A DNA stretch of 64,000 nucleotides. Source: Alphaproteobacteria bacterium. Its GTDB lineage: Bacteria; Pseudomonadota; Alphaproteobacteria; MPNO01; UBA830. A program made the position numbers and the translations under genes. Where the stretch lies: contig OZ251539.1 of the NCBI GenBank assembly GCA_965243135.1, positions 2,976,001-3,040,000 on the forward strand. The letters run 5' to 3'. Under the pieces are notes generated by a model. That model did no database searches, was not told the origin of the DNA, and saw nothing but the letters and a program-made list of their open reading frames with translations. Positions 63,817 to 64,000 of the stretch are shown here, one piece after another. The first letter of the stretch is position 1, and every line of letters starts with the position of its first letter.

Positions 63817-64000
63817 TCCGTCACTCCACCGGCATCGGCGACCCCGTTTCGCCGCCCCCGCGGCGCGGATTTCGCGCAGATGCTCTCGCAACCTGTTAAT
63901 AACCAGCATTTACGATTTATTTTTACACCTTTATCCAAGGCCATGCAACGTTTTTTTGCGAGAGCCGTTTGCGCTGTGCCACTTTTGTCGGCCTGCCGCC

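Overview
GC-rich alphaproteobacterial chromosome segment. The Sel1 and ankyrin repeats and heavy pseudogene decay suggest a host-associated organism (inference). The right ~8 kb is intact core genome on the minus strand (leuA-mreB-mreC-mreD-mrdA-rodA, then tRNA-Lys(CTT)). Left of the tRNA 3' end lies a >56 kb accessory island. Its left half looks like an integrated, mobilisable replicon. It carries a translationally coupled repC-parA-parB-large serine recombinase operon, with an antisense ctRNA and an origin-like array inside repC. It also carries a MobF relaxase-helicase fused to a primase-type domain (missed by the ORF track because it runs off the window), a putative oriT, ArdC, two MobC-like paralogues and a Type IIG restriction-modification enzyme. 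The putative nic site coincides exactly with the junction of a 668-bp tandem duplication. Cargo includes HEPN-, PD-(D/E)XK-, caspase/CHAT-like and Sel1 genes. The rest is mostly decayed mobile DNA: IS110 with a conserved structured end in 4 copies, IS1380, two IS1202-family copies, IS1634, DUF4338 remnants and a DDE/ExeA/AAA module. Also present are one intact IS with TIRs and a 9-bp TSD, a tandem tyrosine-integrase pair, and four copies or fragments of an AAA-ATPase/PD-(D/E)XK gene that is repeatedly hit by mobile elements. All family calls come from motif recognition by eye; no database searches were run.
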